Part shown: positions 1-9,600 of the stretch, in pieces
Position numbering within the stretch: position 1 is the first letter of the stretch
Layout of the letters: each line of letters opens with the position of its first letter
Source: Eubacteriales bacterium
GTDB taxonomy: Bacteria; Bacillota; Clostridia; Oscillospirales; CAG-272
Assembly: GCA_045580775.1 (NCBI GenBank)
Contig: JAZNOK010000015.1
Coordinates: 1-45,692 of the forward strand
Reading direction: 5' to 3'
DNA length: 45,692 nt
The notes under the pieces: model-generated
What the model saw: the letters and a program-made list of their open reading frames with translations, nothing else
The model's database searches: none
What the model was told of the DNA's origin: nothing
Made by a program: the position numbers and the translations under genes

Positions 1-675
1 CTAAAAACAATTGTTAAGTATCTAAAACAAAAACAAAAACTCAAGGTCTTAAATTCCAGACTCCACTCATACAATGTAGCTTCAAAAGTAAGTATCGGAA
101 GATGGTGTACTATTTCCAAGCGTTGCGTGATCGAGGATAATGTTGCAATAGGAGACTTCACATATCTAAATTCCGGTAAATACTGGATCACAATTGAATC
201 AAACGTATCTATAGGAAAATACTGCTCAATAGCACCGGGGGTCCACATAGGTGCAGGCAACCATAACATTGAATTTGTAACCACCCATCCCGTACTGTTT
301 GATAAATATTATCTCCCTGCCCTAAAAAGAGATGCAAAACAATGCTTCTCCGGACTTACAGACACCAATGTTCAAACTCACATCGGTAATGACGTTTGGA
401 TAGGACTTGGTGCTATAATTAAACGAGGAGTATCTATCGGAGACGGTGCTGTTATTGCCGGCGGATCTGTTGTAGTAAAGGATGTAGCTCCATATTCGGT
501 AGTCGGCGGAAATCCTGCAAAACTAATAAAATACCGCACCTCAGAAGAAAATATCAGATTGTTTTCTGAAAAAAGCAGTAAAATGTGGTGGAATTGGGAT
601 ACCGACGAAATATCCGACCATCTTAGTATATTATATGACTTCGATATTTACGCTGATTATCTGAGAAACCTATAA
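1..675 (+). CDS. Hexapeptide-repeat (LbH) O-acetyltransferase, CatB/Vat-like fold, probably acting on polysaccharide; 5'-partial
   Basis: Frame 1 is open from base 1, so the true start lies outside the window. Hexapeptide repeats (VSIGKYCSIAPGVHIG, HIGNDVWIGLGAIIKRGVSIGDGAVIAGGSVVVKDV) and VGGNPAKLIKYR...WWNW. Immediately upstream of wzy. Confidence 0.8.
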   Translation, partial: LKTIVKYLKQKQKLKVLNSRLHSYNVASKVSIGRWCTISKRCVIEDNVAIGDFTYLNSGKYWITIESNVSIGKYCSIAPGVHIGAGNHNIEFVTTHPVLFDKYYLPALKRDAKQCFSGLTDTNVQTHIGNDVWIGLGAIIKRGVSIGDGAVIAGGSVVVKDVAPYSVVGGNPAKLIKYRTSEENIRLFSEKSSKMWWNWDTDEISDHLSILYDFDIYADYLRNL

Positions 676-710
676 TACAAATAATCTTATGTTCATCCTA
701 TCAAAGGAGT

Positions 711-2210
711 TTGTTGATGTTTAAAAAGCCACCTCCCGGACAACGTTTACACAAATTCTTTGAATATTCGTTCTTTCTTGTTTCTGTATGTTTACTGGTG
801 ATAAGCAAGCTCAATTCCGACTTGACCTTGACTCTCATATCAACTTTGCTATTATACATTTCAGGGCTTTTATACTGTTTTGAGAAAGTACGTCGAAGAA
901 TTGTTTTGTTACTTTTATACGTAACTATTTTTGTTTTTTTACTCTCACGTCCAACTATCAGTATGTTCAGAGGTAATGTCTGGTGGTATTACGGAGAAGA
1001 AGGGTGTCTGTTTGCCTTAAATGCTATATATCTCAGCTTGTTGTTTCTGCACTTCGGTGCTGTAATAACAGATAAAATTATGACTGACAAAGGATATTTT
1101 GAGTTCGAACACTCTAAATACTACTATGATCACGCTCAGTTTAAAACACCCTTCAACCATGCACTGAGAACGATATCATTTATTGGTTATTATATCACGA
1201 TATGCGTTAGTACACTTCAAGGAATAATGACATATATAGATGTCTTGTCAAAAAGCTATTCTGATGTGTACACCGGAAATACTGCACAACTTCCCTTCTT
1301 AATTCGAGCTCTAAGCGTCTTTGCTCCTTATTTTCTATGTGTATATCTGGCAACGCTCCCATCGAAAAGCAGAGCATTTTTAGCTTTATCAGTAAATCTC
1401 ATTTCTACCATTCCAATGCTGATGATCGGTGCACGAAATAATACCGTACTAGCCATTATGTTCGCGTTTGTTTATTTTGTGATCAGAGACTATATCGACG
1501 GAACTCAAAAATGGATCGGAAAGACGGAAAAAGTACTATTGATCATAGCTATACCGCTTGGAATTGCATTCTTAGGTTATTATAACTATCTCCGAGCTGA
1601 GGAAACTATAGAAAACACCGATCTGGTTTCATTGATCGTCGATTTCTTTTATAAACAAGGTGTAAGCTTCGATGTAATGGTACTCGCACACAACTCAATG
1701 GACGAGCTTCCAAGTGAAGTATCAAAATGCTATACCTTCGGCGGAATGATAGACTATTTCAAACACGGAATGATATCAAGAGAACTGTTCGGCACCATTT
1801 CCCTGGGCGACGGAAATAATGTAATTAAAGCAGTCTACGGAAACTCTTTTGCCCACAGTTTGGCTTATGTAGCTGAACCAAACTATCTTTCAGGACATGG
1901 AATGGGGTCATCCTACATACTGGAGACCTTTGCTGACTGGGGGTATACAGGCATTGCTGTTTTCAGTTTCTTTTTATCGTCTTTCATCACCGTAATGATA
2001 AATGTTTTCAAATCTAATATTTTCTTCAGAATATTTATTCTGAACACATTGACATCATTTTTCCTCATTCCGCGTGCTGAGGCAACCGGCTGGCTCAATT
2101 TTGTTATTTATTTTCAATTTTGGTTCATTGTATTTTTTTCATATTTTGCTGCTCATTTAATCACTAAAGAAATCAATCAAGAAAGGATAGACCGGGACTG
2201 TTATGTTTAA
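711..2210 (+). CDS. wzy: Polysaccharide polymerase Wzy (O-antigen polymerase-like)
   Basis: About 11-12 hydrophobic segments; motifs GxRN, FFYKQGVSF and YLSGHGMGSSYILETFADWGYTG typical of Firmicute Wzy proteins; context between an acetyltransferase and a chain-length gene. Start may be ATG 717. Confidence 0.75.
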   Translation: MLMFKKPPPGQRLHKFFEYSFFLVSVCLLVISKLNSDLTLTLISTLLLYISGLLYCFEKVRRRIVLLLLYVTIFVFLLSRPTISMFRGNVWWYYGEEGCLFALNAIYLSLLFLHFGAVITDKIMTDKGYFEFEHSKYYYDHAQFKTPFNHALRTISFIGYYITICVSTLQGIMTYIDVLSKSYSDVYTGNTAQLPFLIRALSVFAPYFLCVYLATLPSKSRAFLALSVNLISTIPMLMIGARNNTVLAIMFAFVYFVIRDYIDGTQKWIGKTEKVLLIIAIPLGIAFLGYYNYLRAEETIENTDLVSLIVDFFYKQGVSFDVMVLAHNSMDELPSEVSKCYTFGGMIDYFKHGMISRELFGTISLGDGNNVIKAVYGNSFAHSLAYVAEPNYLSGHGMGSSYILETFADWGYTGIAVFSFFLSSFITVMINVFKSNIFFRIFILNTLTSFFLIPRAEATGWLNFVIYFQFWFIVFFSYFAAHLITKEINQERIDRDCYV

Positions 2211-3264
2211 AAATTTTGGATTAAAAGAGATCTTACATGAGATCAAGAGGTCGGCACTGTTAATAATAATTATCGTTTTAGCATTTTCTGCGATGGGATT
2301 TTTGTTTTCAACGAAAGACAGCGATCTTATTATTCTCGAACCTGCAAAAGCAACCGAATACAGTTGCTCCAGATACTACCTGGTAACTGATATAATCGAC
2401 ACTACATCTGCTAAATCCCCTACCAATATCGGAGCTACTACCTGCTCTGCAATGGTCACGGCTGATTACACAAAGGAATATGTATTCGACAAGCTTTCAC
2501 AAGTATACACAAACGAAGAGCTGGTTGGTTTTCTCGGAGAAGACTATGAAAATCAAGAGCTAAATTATCTGTGTTTGAATGGCATTATTTCTTCTAACGT
2601 TTTAAACAATACTTCAATCGTAAATTTCTATGCACAATCCAAAGATCTGGATTTTTGTGAGTCGATCATTAAGATCCTTGACGAATACTTTCATCAAACT
2701 ATACTAAAGCAAACGCCGAACATCAATGAAGCTTCCTATCTCGGAGGGTCTTCTGTGCAGCTAAATACTCCATCAGATGCTGTAACTATCTCTCCTAACA
2801 ACTCGATCAAATACATTGTACTCTTTGCTTTTATAGGTTTTGTAGTCTCAATGTTCTATGTTATGCTCAGCGTGCTGATCACACCAAGGATAGCATCGAA
2901 GGCTGACTTTGAATGCTACAGTGTGAAGGTGATAGATGACCAGTCAGTACACAAACACAATAAAGACAAATACACTAAAGAAACAATATCCGGATATACA
3001 AATGACCTCGATATAGACTCTTTCGCTGTCATCAGTACAATTAAAGACACTAAGTTTTTAAATGAAATTTCCATTTTCTCTGAAGGAGCAATAACATCTG
3101 CAAATAACATAATCTCAGATTTCACTGAATACGAAAAACTCAAAAATAAGAGTAATGTTATTATGATAGAAAGAAAAGGAATAACCAAGCACAAAGATTA
3201 TGAGGCAACATTAAATCTTCTGAAACAGAAAAACATCTGTACTATAGGTGTAATTCTTTATTGA
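2203..3264 (+). CDS. Polysaccharide chain-length determinant (Wzz/CpsC-like) with a degenerate CpsD-like C-terminal domain
   Basis: N-terminal LKEILHEIKR followed by a TM helix, an extracellular loop, ISPN-SIKY and a second TM helix. The tail VIMIERKGITKHKDYEATLNLLKQKNICTIGVIL resembles the C-terminus of CpsD/CapB. Overlaps the wzy stop. Confidence 0.65.
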   Translation: MFKNFGLKEILHEIKRSALLIIIIVLAFSAMGFLFSTKDSDLIILEPAKATEYSCSRYYLVTDIIDTTSAKSPTNIGATTCSAMVTADYTKEYVFDKLSQVYTNEELVGFLGEDYENQELNYLCLNGIISSNVLNNTSIVNFYAQSKDLDFCESIIKILDEYFHQTILKQTPNINEASYLGGSSVQLNTPSDAVTISPNNSIKYIVLFAFIGFVVSMFYVMLSVLITPRIASKADFECYSVKVIDDQSVHKHNKDKYTKETISGYTNDLDIDSFAVISTIKDTKFLNEISIFSEGAITSANNIISDFTEYEKLKNKSNVIMIERKGITKHKDYEATLNLLKQKNICTIGVILY

Positions 3265-3272
3265 CCATAATT

Positions 3273-3317
3273 CAAAAGAGTGCAGTCCCAAAGCTGATCA
3301 GGGACTGCACTCTTTTG
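3273..3317. terminator. Intrinsic terminator ending the polysaccharide locus
   Basis: Perfect 17-bp inverted repeat CAAAAGAGTGCAGTCCC / GGGACTGCACTCTTTTG, 8 nt after the stop codon. Confidence 0.85.
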
Positions 3318-3417
3318 TATGTATGTTAACATATAATGACAAAAAATCATAAAATGAATATAGGCAAATACTCCGCAATTGAGTATGCCGCATAATAAAT
3401 ACCCAGGTGAAACACTT

Positions 3418-3639
3418 ATGAAATATATGAACCGACTGAAAATAGGAGAACAAGGCCGAGTAGTGTCTGTGGTAACAAATGATACCATTCGCCGCAGGCT
3501 TCTGGACCTTGGACTGATTGAAGGAACAATAATAAAATGTGTAGGAACAAGTCCTTTCGGGGATCCACGTGCATATTTGATACGAGGTGCTGTAATCGCC
3601 ATAAGATCAGAGGATTGCTGCAACATAGTTGTACAGTGA
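3418..3639 (+). CDS. feoA: Ferrous iron transport protein A
   Basis: RRRLLDLGLIEGT...SPFGDPRAYLIRGAVIAIR is the FeoA signature. RBS AGGTGA precedes ATG 3418. Directly upstream of feoB. Confidence 0.92.
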   Translation: MKYMNRLKIGEQGRVVSVVTNDTIRRRLLDLGLIEGTIIKCVGTSPFGDPRAYLIRGAVIAIRSEDCCNIVVQ

Positions 3640-3666
3640 CAGTTCTGTAGGAGGCATGACATAATA

Positions 3667-5772
3667 ATGAATACAAAAGAACAAAAAAATAACCCTTTAG
3701 AAAAACATATAAAGATCATATTGGCCGGAAATCCAAACGTAGGAAAGAGTACACTATTCAATCTTTTGACAGGAATGAACCAACACACAGGAAATTGGGC
3801 AGGCAAAACGGTTGAAAACGCAATAGGCCGCACAAACAGCAAAAACCATCTGTATACCATAATAGACACACCGGGAACCTATTCTCTTGCAGCTCATTCT
3901 CCTGAAGAAGAAATTGCACGAAATTATATTTGTTTTTCCGATGCCGAGCTAACTGCTGTAATATGCGATGCCACATGCCTTGAAAGAAATCTGAATTTTG
4001 CCTTACAGTGTATTTCCATCTCAAAAAGAACCATAGTGATTCTAAATATGATGGATGAAGCAAAAAGAAAAGGAATCTCAATAGATATACAAAAACTCCA
4101 AACAGAGCTTGGCGTTTGTGTCATAGGAGTCAGTGCAAGGCACAAAAACGCAAAAAATACAATACTTGACGCATTTGACAAATGCATCCAAACAGATCAC
4201 AACACATATAAACAGAAAGGTCATTTCTATTCGTCTCAAATAGAAGAACATACAAAAACGATCAGTCGTATTATCACGTCCTATGACCCAAAAATAGAAA
4301 ATACAGAATGGATATCTCTTCAGCTGTTAAGAGACGATAAAGAAGCATTGTCTGAAATAAACAAACATATAGGTTATGATCTATTGTGTATAGAAGGCTT
4401 GAATGATGCGATAAAAAAAATCCACAGTGTACTTTCGCCGGAGACGACAGACACGGTATCAACGACAGACATAGTAAATAAAGCGGCAGACATAGTTGCC
4501 AATACCGTAACAGAAAAGGACGGATACAAGTCTATAGACATAAAACTCGATAGATTCTTTACCGGAAAGATCAGTGGATACTTATGCATGTTTATTATGC
4601 TTGTGGGTATATTTTGGCTGACAGTAGTAGGAGCAAACTATCCATCAAGATTAATATCTCAGTTTTTCGTATTTTTCGAAGATAAGGTAAACGTGTGTTT
4701 GATATGCATAAACACCCCCGATTTCATTCGAGAGATGATTGTATTCGGAATGTTACGAGTTGTTGGATGGGTGCTTTCTGTTATGCTTGCACCTATGGCA
4801 ATATTCTTTCCGCTTTTTACAATTCTCGAGGATTGCGGGTATCTTCCCCGAGTTGCATATAATCTTGACGCTCCTTTTCACAGATGCAACGCATGCGGTA
4901 AACAAGCTCTGACAATGTGTATGGGATTTGGGTGTAATGCGGTTGGTGTCACAGGTGCAAGAATAATAGATTCACCAAGAGAACGTTATCTCGCAATACT
5001 GACAAATGCATTTGTTCCCTGCAACGGCAGGCTCCCTGCTATTATTACCATGATCAGCTTGTTCATTATCGGAAACCAATCGAGAATAATTGCACCGTTT
5101 TTTGTTTCGGTTGTATTGGCAACTGTATTTTGCATTTCGGTGGCAATGACATTTTTCATCACCTTATTACTATCGAAAACTTGCTTAAAAGGATATAGTT
5201 GTGCGTATACTCTCGAACTTCCTCCGTACCGAGTACCGCAAATCAAAAAAACAGTCGTCAGATCCCTTTTTGACAGAACACTAAAGGTTGCACTCCGAGC
5301 TGTATATGTTGCAGCTCCCGCAGGAGTAATAATCTTTATTGTTTCAAACGTAAGTATAAACGGAACCACAATACTAAAAATTGCATCAGATGCACTAGAC
5401 CCGTTAGGCTCACTTATGGGACTGGACGGTGTTATTCTTCTTGCGTTTTTACTGGGATTTCCTGCAAATGAAACTGTTATTCCAATAATGCTGATGGCAT
5501 ATATGTCAAGTACAACACTTGTTGGTACGGATAACTCTGCTATGATAAAAGAAACACTTTTGCTAAATGGATGGAATATCACCACGGTCATAAGCTTCAT
5601 TGTTTTCACCATGTTTCATTTTCCGTGTTCAACCACAACTCTGACTATACACAAAGAAACAAATAGTATGAAAATGACAGCTCTGTCTGTTCTTTTACCG
5701 ACGGCTGTTGGTATAATATGCTGTATTATCGTCAATTTAATTTCTAGCGTATTACACGCAATGTTAGCTTAA
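3667..5772 (+). CDS. feoB: Ferrous iron transport protein B
   Basis: G1 GNPNVGKST, G2 GNWAGKTVE, G3 DTPG and G4 NMMD; TM domain with LEDCGYLPR, GFGCN, VPCNGRLP and LELPPYR. Confidence 0.95.
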   Translation: MNTKEQKNNPLEKHIKIILAGNPNVGKSTLFNLLTGMNQHTGNWAGKTVENAIGRTNSKNHLYTIIDTPGTYSLAAHSPEEEIARNYICFSDAELTAVICDATCLERNLNFALQCISISKRTIVILNMMDEAKRKGISIDIQKLQTELGVCVIGVSARHKNAKNTILDAFDKCIQTDHNTYKQKGHFYSSQIEEHTKTISRIITSYDPKIENTEWISLQLLRDDKEALSEINKHIGYDLLCIEGLNDAIKKIHSVLSPETTDTVSTTDIVNKAADIVANTVTEKDGYKSIDIKLDRFFTGKISGYLCMFIMLVGIFWLTVVGANYPSRLISQFFVFFEDKVNVCLICINTPDFIREMIVFGMLRVVGWVLSVMLAPMAIFFPLFTILEDCGYLPRVAYNLDAPFHRCNACGKQALTMCMGFGCNAVGVTGARIIDSPRERYLAILTNAFVPCNGRLPAIITMISLFIIGNQSRIIAPFFVSVVLATVFCISVAMTFFITLLLSKTCLKGYSCAYTLELPPYRVPQIKKTVVRSLFDRTLKVALRAVYVAAPAGVIIFIVSNVSINGTTILKIASDALDPLGSLMGLDGVILLAFLLGFPANETVIPIMLMAYMSSTTLVGTDNSAMIKETLLLNGWNITTVISFIVFTMFHFPCSTTTLTIHKETNSMKMTALSVLLPTAVGIICCIIVNLISSVLHAMLA

Positions 5773-5786
5773 ATACCTTATCATCA

Positions 5787-5815
5787 TTGACTTTTATTCA
5801 TCTTAGGTCTATAAT
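5787..5815 (+). promoter_or_regulatory. sigmaA-type promoter of the flavoprotein gene
   Basis: TTGACT-17 bp-TATAAT, 33 nt upstream of ATG 5849. Confidence 0.7.
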
Positions 5816-5848
5816 TAGAAATATAAAAATATATTTTGGAGATCAATT

Positions 5849-6475
5849 ATGAAAGTTCTACTTATTAACGGAAGTCCTCATGAAAAAGGCAGTACACACC
5901 GCTCACTGTCCGAGGCAGAGCGTATACTCGAGCATGAGGGTATAGAGCATGAGATGATATGGCTTGGCAACAAGGCAGTAAACGACTGCATAGGATGTGC
6001 TGCATGCAGAAATCTTGATTGCAGATGTGTGTTTGACGACGACATAGTAAATAAACTCATAGATAAAGCAAAAACAGCAGATGCTTTTATCTTCGGAACG
6101 CCGGTTTACTACGCACATCCGTCAGGTAGAATATTGAGTATTCTTGACCGTGTTTTTTACGCCGGAGGAAAGGTATTCAGACATAAACCTGCCGCTGTAA
6201 TATCAGTAGCCAGACGTGCAGGTACTACAGCTTCTATTGATGTGCTATCAAAGTATATTACAATTTCGCAGATGCCTCTGATTTCATCCTCATATTGGTG
6301 TATGACCCACGGTGCAAAAGCGGAAGATGTTGAGAGTGATCTTGAAGGTCTGCAAACTGTACGAAATATGGCAAGAAATATGGCATGGATGTGCAGACTA
6401 ATTGAAAACGGAAAAAATAACGGTATTACCCCCCCTGAAAATGAGTATTCTAACAGAACGAATTTTATCAGATGA
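5849..6475 (+). CDS. Flavodoxin-fold iron-sulfur flavoprotein (Isf / NADPH-dependent FMN reductase family)
   Basis: MKVLLINGSP, Cys motif CIGCAACRNLDCRC (CX2CX2CX4-6C), GTPVYY and ARRAG. Confidence 0.85.
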   Translation: MKVLLINGSPHEKGSTHRSLSEAERILEHEGIEHEMIWLGNKAVNDCIGCAACRNLDCRCVFDDDIVNKLIDKAKTADAFIFGTPVYYAHPSGRILSILDRVFYAGGKVFRHKPAAVISVARRAGTTASIDVLSKYITISQMPLISSSYWCMTHGAKAEDVESDLEGLQTVRNMARNMAWMCRLIENGKNNGITPPENEYSNRTNFIR

Positions 6476-6523
6476 AAAACAATCATCCCTACCTCGATCA
6501 CGAAGTAGGGATGTTGTTTTTTT
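6475..6523. terminator. Probable bidirectional intrinsic terminator
   Basis: AAAAACAA(T)CATCCCTAC...GTAGGGATGTTGTTTTTTT hairpin between convergent genes. Confidence 0.75.
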
Positions 6524-6641
6524 AAAATAGTATACAGTATTTTCTTGCCTTTTTGTGTCAATCCGATAATAATTCGATTGCGATGAACAAGATTACTGCC
6601 ATGAGCATTGTCAGATGATTTTTGATCGTTATTTGTTAGCG

Positions 6642-9600
6642 TTAAACATCAGAATCTGTTTTGTGTTCTCTTCTCTTCTTCTCATAAACAACAACTCCGA
6701 TAATACTGCCGCCACTGATGAAAAGGATAACAGCCCACATATAAAGATCAGCTCTGTCGCCTGTGAGAGGAGGAACAAACTCATCACCGCTAACAGGGTT
6801 ACTTACCTTGTTTGTCCTGATCTCATTTCCACTTTCAAATGCTCTTGCCTCATTTTCCAGTGTATTGCCAACTTGATCCACCTTAACCATAAAGGATACC
6901 ACTTTTGTCTCTCCGGCAGCAAGTCGAATGTTCCATGTAAGATCACCCTTCTCATAGATACCGCCGTTGTCTGCGGAATTTTCTACGTAGCTTGTATATT
7001 TTGGAATCGTGTCAGTTATTTTCACATCAGCTGAGAAATCATCAGAATTAGTATAGGAGATCTTATAGATCAGAATATCCCCAACTTTAACCGTCTTTCC
7101 ATCCATGCTGATTTCGGGTGCTTTTTGTGTAAAGACATCCTTTTCGGTCTTATCTTCCACTATAGGATTCAGAACTTCGTTTGTATAATACTTGTTCTCA
7201 CCCTCAATAGCCGATGCTGTATTCTCGACCACACCTTCATCTCCGACAACCAAAACATCAAATTTGACGCTTACAACTTCATCGGGTGCCACATTGGTAA
7301 GATTCCATGTAATTACATTGTCCCTGACAGTGCCTCCGTCGCTGACAGAACCCGCTACATACTCGGTATACCCGGGTATAATATCGGTAATAGAAACGTC
7401 AGCACTCTTAGCGTTATAATTCTTGTAGGTTACTGTATATGTGAGTATGTCGCCTTTTTCAACCTTTTTACCATCTATACTGATAGATGTATCACCGCCA
7501 AGGAACACATCCTTCTTTACTACTGTGTCCTTATGTACATTACGGAATATTAGGTCACTTCTTCCCTGCTCGCTTGTAACAGATACCTCACCTATCTCCA
7601 GCTGTCCGTATCCTCTGTCGATTACTTCAACATCAAGTGTATATACATTTATATCCCACTTGACATCCGTAATGTTACTGTCTGGTCTTTCGTAAACGCT
7701 AAAGAGGTAGCTTCCTGCATTCTCAAAAGTCAACTTGTCGAATACAACATTGCCTTCTTCGTCATTTTGCTTTATTTGAGCAGCAAAACCTTCGCCTTCG
7801 AGAATGAAGTCAAACTGACGCATCTCAGCTCCTTCAAACACCTTCTTTGCTTTCGGGGTGTACTCTACCGGATCAGCCTTGTAATAATTGTGGAACACGG
7901 ATATTGCTTCAGCTCCGCCGTCACTGTTTGTATACGTTGTATGAGCCGTCAGTTTTCCGTTGCCAAGATCTGTGACCTTGACGGTTACAGTATAAACATG
8001 CTCATCGTATGTAACGCCCCTGTCGGTACCTTTTATCTCTGTAAGAGAATAAATGTATTCACCCTCATCGGTAAACGTGATTTCATCAAATTTTACTCTG
8101 CCGTCTTCTGTATTCTTGGCTGTATATTTTTCCGTGGGGTCATTTTTATTTACAAGTTCAAAGATAAATTCATCATCTTCAAGATCTTTACCTTCGATTC
8201 TCTTGAATGCCTCTACGGAAACTTTTGCCGAATCAGCTTCGTAAACATTATGAAAGATCACGACATCAGTCATATCGACTGTATCTTCACCTATCACGGT
8301 GACATTGTCCACTTGTGCCTTGAGCTTTCCTGTTCCGTCATCTTTTACCACTACATTGACGTCATACTTTTCATTTGAGTACTCAACTCCTCCGAGTTTC
8401 TCACCATCATCCGGAGTAAATTCATACACGGTATATGAGTAATTACCAGCCTTCAGATATTCCAAATGGAAATCAACATCACCATTTGCTTTGTTCTTTG
8501 CCTCTGCAGCAATCAAACCTGAGCTTTTATCTACAAGATAGAAGGTAAACTCGTTATCATGAAGCTTACGTCCGTCAAGATTTTTCTTTACTCTGAGAGT
8601 CAAAGACACTTCATCAGGTGAATAGATGTTCACGAAATTAAGAGAGTTATCCGAATGAACAGCTGTATCATCATGAATATCGGGTGCAATATGGAAATAT
8701 TCACTGATTTTGTAAAGAATGCCTGTATCGCTATTATATCCTATTGTGATGTGTATGCACCATACAGTAGCATCGGTTGAATATCCCGGTCTGTTAGTTT
8801 TTCTCTCTCTTGCAGTAAATCTATACTCTCCCGCATGATCAAACTCAAATCCTGAAATCTTTATTTTTCCTTCATTATCACTCTCAGCGTTTGTATAGAG
8901 ATTTCCATCTACATCATAAACATCAAATTTGAAGCCTGCTTTGCTATAAATATTACCGACAAGAGCATTTCCGTCAGTATCCCTAATAGTTTTTGTTCCC
9001 TCTATCTCAAGCTTTAGGATCGGAGGAGTATACATATTCACAAATTCTATGACAGATACGGGCTGTGTCCCGATATAATACTGCACACTTGCCCTGAGAT
9101 GTCCGTTTCCGTCATCGGTCAAAGAAACTTTTACGTGATATGCACTCTTGTCATATTCCATTCCCGGGACGTCACCTGTCAGCTCGGTCACAGAGTAAAA
9201 TAGTTCCTTGTGCATGACCTTATTGCCGTGTTCATCGGTCATATCTTCAGCGTCAAATTCTAAAGCGTCAAACTTAATTACACCGTTTTGATCGTTTTTC
9301 TTTGTTTGAATAACATTCCCAAGCGAATCCTTGAGCTCAAAGATAAACTCGTTTTCAAAAAGTTTCTTTCCATGCAGAGACTTGTATGCTGCAAGAGGCA
9401 ACTGTACAGAAGCAGGACGGTAAACATTCTCAAATACGATAGGCTCGTCATTTTGATAGTTGATCTGTGCGGTCAAAGCACCCGTACCATCGTCAGTAAC
9501 AACTACTGTAACCGTAAACACAGTATCATCGACCGTAACACCCGGAATATTGTTGTCAGACTCCATTACAACATATTTAAAGCTCTTATTCTTCTCTGCG

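Noticed and set aside
1-675. Possible catB/vat antibiotic-resistance acetyltransferase
   Set aside because: The LbH fold is shared with sugar O-acetyltransferases and the gene lies in a wzy-containing locus; nothing supports a resistance role.
3258-3869. 203-aa minus-strand ORF, and likewise 4986-5612
   Set aside because: Antisense to feoA/feoB, which have clear signatures.
6529-6561. Antisense promoter TTGACA...TATACT pointing into the flavoprotein gene
   Set aside because: The spacer is 21 bp, too long for sigmaA, and it faces a terminator.
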